The translations under genes and the position numbers were made by a program. Below, in pieces: positions 42,530 to 51,668 of a stretch of DNA of 57,879 nt (positions are counted from its first letter, which is position 1; every line of letters starts with the position of its first letter). The notes beneath the pieces are model-generated. The model was not told where the DNA came from and searched no databases. It was given only the letters and a program-made list of their open reading frames with translations. Source of the DNA: a virus (taxonomy: Duplodnaviria; Caudoviricetes); the IMG/VR virus record IMGVR_UViG_3300046011_002458, positions 1-57,879 of that record; one strand, written 5' to 3'.

Positions 42530-42825
42530 GCTGCACCCCCGATCGTCTTGACTGCCGCCAGCAGACGCTCGCGACACTGCAGGGCTGCCTGCATTGGCGT
42601 CTTGCAGTTGAACTCGCTGCGCACCTCGAACTTGGCACCCAGCGGCGTGATGTTGGCGTCAACCCTGGCGGACCATTCGCCATCGCGGTGGCAATGCAGA
42701 TACGGGCAGCCCCACTTGGCCAGCTCGAGCAGCACATCCTCGAGCGACTCGCCGGAGGGTGCAGGCGTCTCGGTCGGTGCTGCGGACGCGGCGGAGGTCT
42801 TGGGCTTGAAGATGGACAGGTTCAT
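42526..42825 (-). CDS. hypothetical protein
   Basis: GAGGT SD, ATGA coupling. Confidence 0.65.
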   Translation of the reverse strand: MNLSIFKPKTSAASAAPTETPAPSGESLEDVLLELAKWGCPYLHCHRDGEWSARVDANITPLGAKFEVRSEFNCKTPMQAALQCRERLLAAVKTIGGAA

Positions 42826-43250
42826 GGCAACACCTCAACGGTCAGGCCAATCGCTCCGCCAGGCATCGCCTGGGTCCACTCGAACGACTCACGCACCAGC
42901 ACCTTGTTGCTGTCGTCCTTCCAGAAGCCAGACTTGGTCAGCGCGTCCGCCACCACCTTGCGCACGTTGTCGACGTCCCGGGCGCGGTTGTCAGGCGGGC
43001 CAAGCAACCACGAAACGCTCAGCGGTCCAGCAAGGGGCTTTTGGCTGGTCAGGCGACCCATGCCCATGCTGGCCACGATCTGGCCGATCAGCGCGTCGTA
43101 GGCCACCGCCTCGGGCACTTTGTAGTGGCCGCCGGCACGCGTGTGCTTGGTTGCGTGATTGCCTAAGACCTTTGGCCAAGGCAGTTGAAATTCATAAGTT
43201 AGTGCGGACTGACTTGGTAGCGTTACTGTGACGTCATGAGTTTTTTGCAT
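42822..43250 (-). CDS. rusA: RusA-like Holliday junction resolvase
   Basis: LPWP...N; PPDNRARDVDN..K...DAL.....W.DDS. Confidence 0.9.
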   Translation of the reverse strand: MQKTHDVTVTLPSQSALTYEFQLPWPKVLGNHATKHTRAGGHYKVPEAVAYDALIGQIVASMGMGRLTSQKPLAGPLSVSWLLGPPDNRARDVDNVRKVVADALTKSGFWKDDSNKVLVRESFEWTQAMPGGAIGLTVEVLP

Positions 43251-43266
43251 AAAGCTGGGTCTTTCA

Positions 43267-43550
43267 ATACATCATTGTGATACTTCGACCGACACCGGTT
43301 TGGCGGTCAAAACGATCTGCGTAGACAAAACAGGGGGGTGCTTATAGGGGGGTCTAGGTAAGAGAGTATTTGTATAAAAATATATATATATTTTTATTAT
43401 TGTTATATCCCTCAAACCATTGCCCCATGCGGCTTTCCGGCGGAGACAGAGGTGTCTACGTTTGTTGCTGCAGTTGACCCTTCTCCGGGTCACCAGGTCA
43501 TTGGCGTAGACGTTCTGGCCAATTGCGACGACAGCCTCTGTCTCTTTTAG
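43267..43550. other. putative replication origin
   Basis: Non-coding; strongly AT-rich core 43368-43408 with (TA)n; GTAGAC repeats; 10-bp inverted repeat 43443-43452/43535-43544; directly downstream of primase. Confidence 0.55.
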
Positions 43551-43558
43551 TCCGACCA

Positions 43559-46063
43559 TCATTCGGCCCCCTCTTCTGCCTCTTCTGGCACCGGTGCGAA
43601 CTCACTGGCCACCCAGGCCATGCGGCTCTTTCCGCGTCCAGATGGCGGCTTGTACTGGACCAGCGACACCGCCTCGCGGCGCTTGAGTGAGTCCATGACG
43701 TTGTCTTGCTGCCGTGGCTCGAGGGCCTTGAACTGCCGGCAAAAGCGGCTCAGCTCTGCCTCGGTCCGACCTTGCGTGCCGGCTTGCTTGATCACCCGCA
43801 GGATCTCCTGGCACCAGCGGTCGAAGTCACTGTCACCCATGCGGGTGGCCACCTGCTCTTCCTGGATGGCCAGGGTGAACTTCACGAAGTCGATCGCCCA
43901 CTGGGTGCTGGATGGGTCCATCTCGAGGCCACCGCCGCTCGCCACCTGCTTGAGCTCCTGGGCTGTGTAGCGTGAGCAGGACATGGCCAGCGCCAGCTTT
44001 GCGGCGTGCTCCCATGCCCGGCCCCACAGGGGTGCCAGGCCCTTTGCCTTGACCGACTCCATGCGGTTCTCGATCCAGTCGTCGAACTCACGCATGAGCT
44101 GGGGTGTCATGGCCGCCATGGGCAGCTCAATCGGATTGGCTGGGTCCAGGCCCTGGATGCCGTTGGAAAGCTCCCTGGCGGCCTTCATCCACTCCACCAC
44201 GGCCGCCGGTGGCTGGCCTATGCCCACGTACTGCTTCGGCACCCGGCGATCGGGCACGAACATCAGCACCATTCGGTTCAGGTAGCCCGACACCACGTCT
44301 TGGCTGCCAAGGGCTGGCCAGAGAGTTTCGGGGGTGGTCGTGCCGTGCAGGCCCACGCACGGGTAGGCGATGTCTTGGCGCTCGCGGTTCTTCTGGTCCG
44401 CGTACTCGGTGCCGTTGTAGATCGTGCCGGCGCTCGAGAACAGCTTCATGAGGTTGGTCACGATGCTGGCCAGGTGTGGGCCTGCGCCCTTGGTTGCCAC
44501 GGCCTTGAGCATGAGCCCCAGCTCGTCGATCTGGAACAGGCTCACAGGATGATTGGCCGTGCGTGACAGCAAGGCCTGGCCAGACGCGATCTCTTCGCCG
44601 CCCAGCAGGTCGTTCATGCCTGCGGCCTGGAACAGGACCTTGATGCACTTTCGCCCGTGGTCCTTGCCGGCCGATGTCCCGGCGACGCCGACAAAGTAGA
44701 AGTTGGTGCGCAGCCCGGTGGGTGTGGCCACCTTGCGCCCGAGCACTGTGCCCACCACCGACAGCGCAGCTGCAAGCGCCAGGATCGGTTGGGGCTTCTG
44801 TGCGGTCTGCAAGATCCAGTCCGCGATCTCCTGCACGATGCCGCCGGGCTTGAGCAAGTGCTGCGGGTAGTCCGGCACGTCATACGCCGGGCCGTCGGTC
44901 TCTTGCTGCGCCTTTGGCTGCACCACCTTTGCCGGCGCATCGTCGCGCACCGCGACCTGGTCCGGCTGGCTGCGCTTTTCGCTGCGTGCGCGTTGCGCCT
45001 CGAGCGCCGCTTCCAGGTCGATCGTCACGTCTGGCTGGCGCTTGTTGGAGTGCCGCTCAACGCCCGCCACCTTGGCCGCCTCGTCGAGGGCTGACTTGAC
45101 GTCGCCGTTGTGCTGCAGCATGCACAGCAGGTCGAACGCGTCGTGTGCGTAGCCGTCCGCCAGCGGGTCACTGCCGTGGTGCGAGTAGCACCGCTCGTGG
45201 TCCTGGTCCTTGAAGACCACGACGCCTGGGATCTTGGTGCTCGAGCTGGGACACAGCCAACGCTTGCCCTTCAGCTTGTAGCCCGCCTGGGTCAGCAGGT
45301 CCTCGATCGATACAGCATTGTTATAGGCCCCGATCACATTGCCATGCTCGGTGTTGACGGAGCGCGACGCCTGCACGTACCGGCGGCCGCTGTGCATCTT
45401 TTTCCATGGGCACAGGTTCTCGATCTCTTCGCGAAGGCCTGAGCTCTTGTCTGCGAGCGCACGCCAGAAGTCCAGCAGCTTGGGCGGGATCTCCGGCAGC
45501 GCCTCAAAGTCCCACGGTGCCTTGCCCTCTGCCCATGTGTAGTAGTGCCCGTCAGGGTGCATCGATGGCGGCAGCACGTCCTGGTTTGGTCCTGCGCGGA
45601 ACTCCACGATCGTGAACCGATCGACTGGGCTCTTGGCGTCTTGCTTGAGCCAGCCCACCTTGAGCAGTGGCAGGTCGATGGGCACGCCGGCAAAGACTGC
45701 CTTGTCCCGGTTGGCCTTGCTGCGAATACGCATGCCCCAGTCCATCACCTCGTCATAGTCGATGCCGAACTCCTCGAAGATGTACCTGGCCCAGGCCTCG
45801 TCATCGATGTCGATCGCGCCGGTGCCAGAGGGCTGGTGGACCAGGCCCATGTTCTGTAGGCCCTGCGCCAGCTTCTTGATCACCTTGTCCGGTGTGTCGA
45901 CCAGTTGGCTCGGAGCATTCCAGCCAGGGTTCGTCGGACCCTTGGTCTTCATGGGCATCATCACCAAGCTCCAGCCGCGCTGGATGTAGGCAAATGCGTG
46001 TTCGACCTGAGCTCTTTGCTCAGGTGTCAGTTGTGTTTGTGGTGTCTCATTGCTGTCGTTCAC
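43559..46063 (-). CDS. bifunctional primase-polymerase fused to DUF3987-like helicase
   Basis: K.P...GW, N.G, IDID, LPPS.HPDG..Y.W; GTSAGKD, IDE.G, SG.LNR. Confidence 0.88.
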   Translation of the reverse strand: MNDSNETPQTQLTPEQRAQVEHAFAYIQRGWSLVMMPMKTKGPTNPGWNAPSQLVDTPDKVIKKLAQGLQNMGLVHQPSGTGAIDIDDEAWARYIFEEFGIDYDEVMDWGMRIRSKANRDKAVFAGVPIDLPLLKVGWLKQDAKSPVDRFTIVEFRAGPNQDVLPPSMHPDGHYYTWAEGKAPWDFEALPEIPPKLLDFWRALADKSSGLREEIENLCPWKKMHSGRRYVQASRSVNTEHGNVIGAYNNAVSIEDLLTQAGYKLKGKRWLCPSSSTKIPGVVVFKDQDHERCYSHHGSDPLADGYAHDAFDLLCMLQHNGDVKSALDEAAKVAGVERHSNKRQPDVTIDLEAALEAQRARSEKRSQPDQVAVRDDAPAKVVQPKAQQETDGPAYDVPDYPQHLLKPGGIVQEIADWILQTAQKPQPILALAAALSVVGTVLGRKVATPTGLRTNFYFVGVAGTSAGKDHGRKCIKVLFQAAGMNDLLGGEEIASGQALLSRTANHPVSLFQIDELGLMLKAVATKGAGPHLASIVTNLMKLFSSAGTIYNGTEYADQKNRERQDIAYPCVGLHGTTTPETLWPALGSQDVVSGYLNRMVLMFVPDRRVPKQYVGIGQPPAAVVEWMKAARELSNGIQGLDPANPIELPMAAMTPQLMREFDDWIENRMESVKAKGLAPLWGRAWEHAAKLALAMSCSRYTAQELKQVASGGGLEMDPSSTQWAIDFVKFTLAIQEEQVATRMGDSDFDRWCQEILRVIKQAGTQGRTEAELSRFCRQFKALEPRQQDNVMDSLKRREAVSLVQYKPPSGRGKSRMAWVASEFAPVPEEAEEGAE

Positions 46064-46100
46064 AGTTCGCTTTCAAACACCGCTTTGCAAATACGAGGAA

Positions 46101-46159
46101 GACCCGGCGGACTCCGTGAAAGCGGGAAACCGGATAGCGTGGCCGCGCCCCGCCGGGTC
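46101..46159 (-). promoter_or_regulatory. structured leader (10-bp perfect closing stem) upstream of primase
   Basis: GACCCGGCGG...CCGCCGGGTC. Confidence 0.5.
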
Positions 46160-46236
46160 TAAAACTTAACTCTTGTGATATTTTAAGCGCAACGAGATAC
46201 CCCAAAATAGGTGTATCACAAGGCTTGCAATTTACT

Positions 46237-46437
46237 TCACACCCGTGATACTTTTCGTTTCAGGATGTCGGCGGCTGCTTTCAGCCTGCCCTTCGTGACG
46301 TGCTCGATGCGCAATTGCTGCAGGTGCGGAATTGCGCCGCGTTTTTTCCAGTTGCTGAGGGTCGGCTGTGTGACGCCGATGGCGTCTGCTGCCTGGACCT
46401 GGGAGCCGAAGTGTTTGATCAGTTGGTCGAATTTCAT
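46237..46437 (-). CDS. cro: Cro-like repressor
   Basis: IKHFGSQVQAADAIGVTQPTLSNW...IP..Q...I...T.G.LKA; divergent from cI. Confidence 0.88.
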   Translation of the reverse strand: MKFDQLIKHFGSQVQAADAIGVTQPTLSNWKKRGAIPHLQQLRIEHVTKGRLKAAADILKRKVSRV

Positions 46438-46546
46438 GTTGTTGTCGCTGTTGATGCGGTTCGGATAAGTATAACTCCTGTGATAGCGGTTAAACAAGAC
46501 CCCGCAGTGTAGGTCTATTAAGCGCCCAAAAAGGCCGCCAACTCTA

Positions 46547-46891
46547 ATGACGAAGAATTTCGAGAAGCTCTCAATCGGCGATAGGCTTCGGTACTTGATC
46601 GAAGTACGCAAATACACGCAGGTTGAATTGGCAAAGAAAATTGGAGTAACCCAGGCTGCGATCAGCAACCTGGTGACGGACTCATCGAGAAAGCCAAGCG
46701 CCCCGACGCTGCTGAAACTGGCGGCCGCACTACAGGCAAATCCTGATTGGATCATGACCGGTGCAGGCGAGCCGTTCGAGATGAACATTGTGGGCAAGCG
46801 ATCCGAGCGCGAGCTGCTCGAGGCCTATCGCAACATGGACCCGCAGGCCCAGGCCGCCCTGATCGCTGCTGCAAAGGCCATGACAAAATAA
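46547..46891 (+). CDS. cI: CI-like XRE HTH repressor without S24 peptidase domain
   Basis: IGDRLR...TQVELAKKIGVTQAAISNL...LAAAL..NPDWIMTG.G; 114 aa. Confidence 0.85.
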   Translation: MTKNFEKLSIGDRLRYLIEVRKYTQVELAKKIGVTQAAISNLVTDSSRKPSAPTLLKLAAALQANPDWIMTGAGEPFEMNIVGKRSERELLEAYRNMDPQAQAALIAAAKAMTK

Positions 46892-46918
46892 TACCCGTGA
46901 AGTTTTGCGGGTCTTTGT

Positions 46919-46949
46919 TTGACGGTCGACTTCACAATTGTGATATAGT
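46919..46949 (+). promoter_or_regulatory. early promoter/operator CTTCACAATTGTGATA
   Basis: Palindrome 46930-46945 overlapping TGaTATAGT. Confidence 0.8.
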
Positions 46950-47014
46950 CGAGGCGTCGGTTGATTGAAACCGACCCGGCCCAGAGGTTCTGGGACACGT
47001 CAGGAGACCAGATC

Positions 47015-47233
47015 ATGAGAAACATCACCACCATATCCGACAACGTGTTTGACCGGTTCATCAAGCCCATGGATTACGTTTCAAACGGAACTGACGTTGG
47101 TCGCTACTTTGGAACGACGGACAGGGGGACTCGCGTTGTGGCTTGGGGAGACAAGCGCGACGATCACGAGACCGCCGTTAAGCTTATTGCATACCTGCAA
47201 AGGCACTCAGCACAAAAAAAAATCGAGGCTTGA
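47015..47233 (+). CDS. early hypothetical protein
   Basis: CAGGAG SD. Confidence 0.65.
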   Translation: MRNITTISDNVFDRFIKPMDYVSNGTDVGRYFGTTDRGTRVVAWGDKRDDHETAVKLIAYLQRHSAQKKIEA

Positions 47234-47264
47234 TCCGAACTATCACATTGATTTAGGAATCATC

Positions 47265-47471
47265 ATGCGAGCACAAAACCAATACCAAGTCACCATCCAG
47301 CCAGGCGGCTCGTGGCCAGCGTTTGAGACCACCGTCTTGGCGGCCACGCAGTACCGCGCTGAGTTGGCTGCCGTCCAGCAATACCGCGCCGACTATGCCG
47401 CCTCGGGCTGCATGGCACCAAGCATCACAAGCATCCAATGCGAAGAGTTGAACACTACTTCACAATTGTGA
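47265..47471 (+). CDS. early hypothetical protein
   Basis: TAGGA SD; stop lies in operator. Confidence 0.6.
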   Translation: MRAQNQYQVTIQPGGSWPAFETTVLAATQYRAELAAVQQYRADYAASGCMAPSITSIQCEELNTTSQL

Positions 47472-47477
47472 TATAAT
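47448..47477 (+). promoter_or_regulatory. early promoter/operator
   Basis: TTGAAC-18 nt-TATAAT with palindrome 47458-47473. Confidence 0.8.
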
Positions 47478-47522
47478 TCAATCACTGGCCCGGCAGATCC
47501 CGGGACGCGACAGGAGTCCAAA

Positions 47523-47711
47523 ATGCAAGTTATCGAAGTCAATCTCAAAAGCGTGTACGGCGAAATCAAGGCCTACCCGATCAACGAAGCCGCCAAGCTG
47601 TTTGCAGACCTGGCCGGCACCAAGACCCTCACCGTCCAATCCCTCAAGAAGATCCAGGCCCTTGGCTATGAGATCAAGGCCGTCGACCCGCTGGCCCTCG
47701 CTTTCGCCTAA
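47523..47711 (+). CDS. early hypothetical protein
   Basis: CAGGAG SD; K.VYG...YP....A.LFA.LAGTKTLT. Confidence 0.75.
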   Translation: MQVIEVNLKSVYGEIKAYPINEAAKLFADLAGTKTLTVQSLKKIQALGYEIKAVDPLALAFA

Positions 47712-47741
47712 TTCATCACATTGCTTATTCTGGAGAACGAC

Positions 47742-48089
47742 ATGACTACACCAACCATCAACACCCGCAAAGACTATTTCGGCAAGTGGGTTGCCACCAG
47801 CAACATCGCCCTGGCTGGCGACCGCCAGCTCAAGATCAGCACCAGCAAGGACCAGCGCGGCAACCTGACCACCTACGCCAGTGTGGCGATCGTCCGCAAC
47901 GAAGCCGGTGCCCGCATCGAGACCTTCGAGGTGTACGGCGACTACATGAAGTCCATTCGCAAGAGCCAGCCCAAGATGGTCAACGAGAAGCGCGCCCGTG
48001 AGCAGCAAGAGCTCGTGCTCGAGGAAGACCTGCAGCTCGTGCTGTGCGACGTCAAAAACTTCTACGCCGAAAAAGGCATCGAGGTCTGA
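47742..48089 (+). CDS. early hypothetical protein
   Basis: GGAGA SD. Confidence 0.75.
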   Translation: MTTPTINTRKDYFGKWVATSNIALAGDRQLKISTSKDQRGNLTTYASVAIVRNEAGARIETFEVYGDYMKSIRKSQPKMVNEKRAREQQELVLEEDLQLVLCDVKNFYAEKGIEV

Positions 48090-48117
48090 CACAGCAACAT
48101 CAAACCAGGAGATAGCC

Positions 48118-48336
48118 ATGTCGTATTACAGCAAACGCCGTTACAACCCGCCTGCAGATGTTTACGCCGCCAGCACGCTGATTGGCCGCAACACCGGCAA
48201 CTGGCAGACCCCAGTGCGCGGCACCAACGATCAGGAGTATCAGGTCTACCTGACCTGCGCCGATGACGGCAAGGGCGGCGACATCACCCGGGGCGGTGCC
48301 CCACTCAAGAGCTACGACGAGTGGCTCGCGTCTTGA
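48118..48336 (+). CDS. early hypothetical protein
   Basis: CAGGAG SD. Confidence 0.7.
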   Translation: MSYYSKRRYNPPADVYAASTLIGRNTGNWQTPVRGTNDQEYQVYLTCADDGKGGDITRGGAPLKSYDEWLAS

Positions 48337-48350
48337 ACCAGGAGATCGCC

Positions 48351-48569
48351 ATGTTCACCATCTACATCGTCGACCGTGCCAACCAACTCTCACAGCAGAC
48401 CTTTGGCCGCCAGGACGACGCAGACGCTGCCACCGACCAGTGGGAAGCCGTCGGCGGCTGCGAGGTCTACACCAACCGCCTGGCCGCAGTCCTGGCCAAA
48501 GATGACTATGACCGATTCATTCGTCGTCAGTCGCAGCGATCAGGCTTGTGCATGACTTCACAATTGTGA
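48351..48569 (+). CDS. early hypothetical protein
   Basis: CAGGAG SD; stop lies in operator. Confidence 0.65.
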   Translation: MFTIYIVDRANQLSQQTFGRQDDADAATDQWEAVGGCEVYTNRLAAVLAKDDYDRFIRRQSQRSGLCMTSQL

Positions 48570-48575
48570 TATACT
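48546..48575 (+). promoter_or_regulatory. early promoter/operator
   Basis: Palindrome 48556-48571 overlapping TGaTATACT. Confidence 0.8.
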
Positions 48576-48594
48576 GACATCAAAGGAGAACGAA

Positions 48595-48741
48595 ATGAGA
48601 GACCTGGCCCTAGCACTTGAAAGACTGAACGACTTGATCGACGGCGGATGGGAGTTCCCTGACGCCTGCGGCAAAGTGGCCCGCGAAGATGGCGTTAACT
48701 ACGACGCCCTGCGCGATGCCTATGACGAACAGTTTGCCTGA
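48595..48741 (+). CDS. 48-aa acidic early protein
   Basis: AAGGAG SD; MRDLALALERLNDLIDGGWEFPDAC... Confidence 0.7.
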   Translation: MRDLALALERLNDLIDGGWEFPDACGKVAREDGVNYDALRDAYDEQFA

Positions 48742-48769
48742 CCTATCACATTGATTTAGGAGACCCCAA

Positions 48770-49048
48770 ATGAACAACTTGAACCCCGTCTTCGCCCTGG
48801 CCCTTGCACCCTTTGCGCCACCCGTCGAGATCGACATCAAGTGGCTTGCCTTCTGCGAGAGCGAGCTGCGCAACGCCCGCCGTCAGTACGACAGCAAGCC
48901 TGACTGGAACGCAGACAAGCAGACCTGGGCCGCTGAGATCGTCAAGCTCGAGCGCGACATCGAAGAGCTGAAGGCCGGCGTGGCACGCGACGACCTGACC
49001 AGCGTGAAGAACTGGAACATGCCCGCCTGGGGCTACAGCGGCACCTGA
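48770..49048 (+). CDS. early hypothetical protein
   Basis: AGGAG SD. Confidence 0.7.
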   Translation: MNNLNPVFALALAPFAPPVEIDIKWLAFCESELRNARRQYDSKPDWNADKQTWAAEIVKLERDIEELKAGVARDDLTSVKNWNMPAWGYSGT

Positions 49049-49075
49049 AATATCACAATGCCATAGGAGAACGAC

Positions 49076-49324
49076 ATGAGCCGATTCAACAGCCCTGCAG
49101 AGGTCCTGGCCGCCGCCGAGAAGTGGGCCGCTCAGCTTTACCGCAACAACCTCGAGAAGGGCCACGCCCTCAACCCTTACTGTACCCCGGGAGCCATCGC
49201 CGAGTTCGACCATGGGTTCAACGGTGACCCGCGCCGCTCGTGGGACATCCCGGTCGAGTGGGACTTCCGCTATCAGGCTGGTGCAGCAGTGCGCCGCCTT
49301 GTTGATCAAAAGGTGGCCGCATGA
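49076..49324 (+). CDS. early hypothetical protein
   Basis: AGGAG SD. Confidence 0.7.
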   Translation: MSRFNSPAEVLAAAEKWAAQLYRNNLEKGHALNPYCTPGAIAEFDHGFNGDPRRSWDIPVEWDFRYQAGAAVRRLVDQKVAA

Positions 49325-49446
49325 GATACGACCTGTTCGAGCTCACCACCGCCGGCATGACGCCAGCCCAGCGCGCCTGGCGCGTTGCCTTCCTGCTGGC
49401 AACCATTGCGGTGTGCTTGCTTGACCTTTTTGTTTGGAGACCATGA
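49321..49446 (+). CDS. 41-aa membrane peptide ending DLFVWRP
   Basis: AAGGT SD; ATGA overlaps. Confidence 0.6.
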   Translation: MRYDLFELTTAGMTPAQRAWRVAFLLATIAVCLLDLFVWRP

Positions 49447-49676
49447 TGACCCTGATTGCAAACCTGCGGCACGCTGCCCGCAACCGTGAGACCGTGACCA
49501 TAGGTGGCGGAGAGTTTGGACCTGCCGAGCTGCTCGAGGCTGCGCGCGTGCTCGAGCTACACAGCCAGCTGCTGGGGGCGCTGAAGGCTTCACTGGACTG
49601 GGTCCCGGCCCACCTAAATTCGCGGCGTCTTGCCGAGGCCGCCATCGCCGAGGCAGCAGGAGCCAGCCATGGGTGA
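49443..49676 (+). CDS. early hypothetical protein
   Basis: GGAGA SD. Confidence 0.6.
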   Translation: MMTLIANLRHAARNRETVTIGGGEFGPAELLEAARVLELHSQLLGALKASLDWVPAHLNSRRLAEAAIAEAAGASHG

Positions 49677-49872
49677 CATGGCCGAAGCCTTCCGTGACCT
49701 GCGCGACCACAAGAAAGCCCTACGTCAGCGCTACGGCGTGCTGTGCCCGCAGTGCCAGATCGTGCGTCCCAAGGCGCACCCCACCATCCTGATGCCGGGC
49801 CAGAAGTGCAAGGTCGACGGATACCGAGACGCGCGCCCTCATTTGACCGAAGAACAATGGAGCAACCCATGA
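49669..49872 (+). CDS. small Cys-containing protein
   Basis: AGGAG SD; MGDMAE.F; CPQC. Confidence 0.65.
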   Translation: MGDMAEAFRDLRDHKKALRQRYGVLCPQCQIVRPKAHPTILMPGQKCKVDGYRDARPHLTEEQWSNP

Positions 49873-50051
49873 ACACTCGCAAGTACCCCCGAACCATGAA
49901 CGAGGCATTCCCGAAGACCGTGGAGTACGCCTGCTCAATCGACCGCCCTGGCCGCTACGCCCTGCGAACCTGGCCACGCATCCTGGGTGCCGCGTGCCTG
50001 GTGCTGCTGGTCATGTACGGCGTCGCATGTTCATTCCCGACTAAATCATAG
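49869..50051 (+). CDS. small protein with C-terminal TM
   Basis: GGAG SD; TRKYPRTM.EAF. Confidence 0.65.
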   Translation: MNTRKYPRTMNEAFPKTVEYACSIDRPGRYALRTWPRILGAACLVLLVMYGVACSFPTKS

Positions 50052-50055
50052 GGTC

Positions 50056-50083
50056 TTGCATGACTTCACAATTGTGATATAAT
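50056..50083 (+). promoter_or_regulatory. early promoter/operator
   Basis: TTGCAT-16 nt-TATAAT with palindrome 50064-50079. Confidence 0.8.
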
Positions 50084-50150
50084 AAATTCAACGAAGCGAA
50101 ATTCGTTACCGACCTGGCGGTTCCAGGCGCTCCTAAGAAGGACACCCAAA

Positions 50151-50618
50151 ATGGCACGCTCTGTATCTACCCCCAGCAACACTGTCTACACCGAGTACAA
50201 CTCTTGCGACTTTGAAGACAGCTACGAGTTCGACATGGCCGTCGAAAACCTTCAAGACGCACTGCGCAGCGCATTCCCAAGCGTCAGCGCTTGCAGTGAG
50301 TGGCTCGACCGCGAAGACCGCGCCATTGCTGAGAACAGCTACGCCTACTTTGGCGTGAGCGAGTACTGCGGCCTGGTTGCCGTGTGGTGCGCAGCAAAAG
50401 ATCCTGACTACTACGCCAACGGCGGCTTCGAGGCCTTGCGTGACCGGTGGATCGATCAGATCGAGGGCAAGTTCCGCGCTGCAGCTCGCGGCAGCTTCGG
50501 CCAGGCATTGGTCCAGACCGCCCGCTTCAGCAACGGCGAAGCGATGTTCTCTGCGGTTGGCGCTCCCAACCAAGGCGAGCTGGGCCTCGGCTACAGCAGC
50601 AAAGAAGGCTGGATCTAA
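50151..50618 (+). CDS. early hypothetical protein
   Basis: AAGGA SD. Confidence 0.75.
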   Translation: MARSVSTPSNTVYTEYNSCDFEDSYEFDMAVENLQDALRSAFPSVSACSEWLDREDRAIAENSYAYFGVSEYCGLVAVWCAAKDPDYYANGGFEALRDRWIDQIEGKFRAAARGSFGQALVQTARFSNGEAMFSAVGAPNQGELGLGYSSKEGWI

Positions 50619-50646
50619 ATATCACATTGCTATAGGAGAAACCATC

Positions 50647-51123
50647 ATGACTTCATTCAACAAAATCCTTCTCGGCAAACTCAAGGCCAACGCTGGCATA
50701 CAAATCGCCGACGGCGAAAACATCTGGCTTGAAAAACACAAGTGGGACTGCGGGTGGTACTGGGGCTTCGGCTACGTCGGCAACGCGAAATGCCACTTTC
50801 ACTTCGACAGCCTGCTGTACATCAAGGACAGCAAGGGCTCAGTCTCGTACACCGCCAGCGACTTGTTTCAGTCCACCGAAATCACAGACCGTGAGTGGTG
50901 GGTCATCCGTGACCTGTTCGTGCAGGCCTATGCCCTAAAGAAAGCCGCCGAGGTTTATCAGAAGGGCGGCCACCAAAGCACCGAGCCCGGCACGACTGAC
51001 GTCATCAAAAACACCGCCTTGGCCAAACAGATCAACGCCGACCTGCAGAAGGTGCTCGACCTTGCATGGGACTACACCTGCAAGGCAGTGAACAAAAAAT
51101 ATTTGATCAGCACGCCCGCTTAA
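50647..51123 (+). CDS. early hypothetical protein
   Basis: AGGAG SD; WDCGWYWGFGY. Confidence 0.75.
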   Translation: MTSFNKILLGKLKANAGIQIADGENIWLEKHKWDCGWYWGFGYVGNAKCHFHFDSLLYIKDSKGSVSYTASDLFQSTEITDREWWVIRDLFVQAYALKKAAEVYQKGGHQSTEPGTTDVIKNTALAKQINADLQKVLDLAWDYTCKAVNKKYLISTPA

Positions 51124-51124
51124 C

Positions 51125-51144
51125 TATCACAATTGTGATATACT
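51125..51144 (+). promoter_or_regulatory. perfect palindrome TATCACAATTGTGATA with extended -10
   Basis: 51125-51140, TGaTATACT. Confidence 0.85.
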
Positions 51145-51189
51145 AAACACACTGGCCCAGCAGATTCTGGGACGCTTCAGGAGAACACC

Positions 51190-51666
51190 ATGTCCGCATT
51201 CATTGTCAGCAACGCCCAGATCAACGCCCTCGTGCGTTTCGCAAGCATCAACAACATCAGCTTTTTTTACGGCGCAACGTCGCAGCGCTGGAACATCTCC
51301 GGCAACGAAGATGCCACCGCCCAGGTCCTACTGGACGAGAACGTCCGCAGCGTCAACTACCGTTACAAGGAAGAAGGCGAGCCTGCCGCGATCGTGTACC
51401 AGATCGACGCCCCAGTCCTGACCCCTGTGCAAATCATCAAGGCCGCGCAGTGCCTCGAGTATCAGAGCTGCGAGACGCCTGACTGGGACAAGACCATGGC
51501 CAAGCAACTGATCGACGCCATCATTTCCACGGCCATCACCAAGCTGCCAGGCTACGACGATGCGCCATGGTCCATCTACGAAGACACATTTCCCAAGGGT
51601 CCGGTCGGTCTGCTGGACGTGGCCCGCAAGATGGGCAAGTTGCAAGTCGTTCGCGTGGGAGACTGA
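51190..51666 (+). CDS. early hypothetical protein
   Basis: CAGGAG SD; MSAF...EN..SVNYRY...YQSCE. Confidence 0.8.
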   Translation: MSAFIVSNAQINALVRFASINNISFFYGATSQRWNISGNEDATAQVLLDENVRSVNYRYKEEGEPAAIVYQIDAPVLTPVQIIKAAQCLEYQSCETPDWDKTMAKQLIDAIISTAITKLPGYDDAPWSIYEDTFPKGPVGLLDVARKMGKLQVVRVGD

Positions 51667-51668
51667 TC

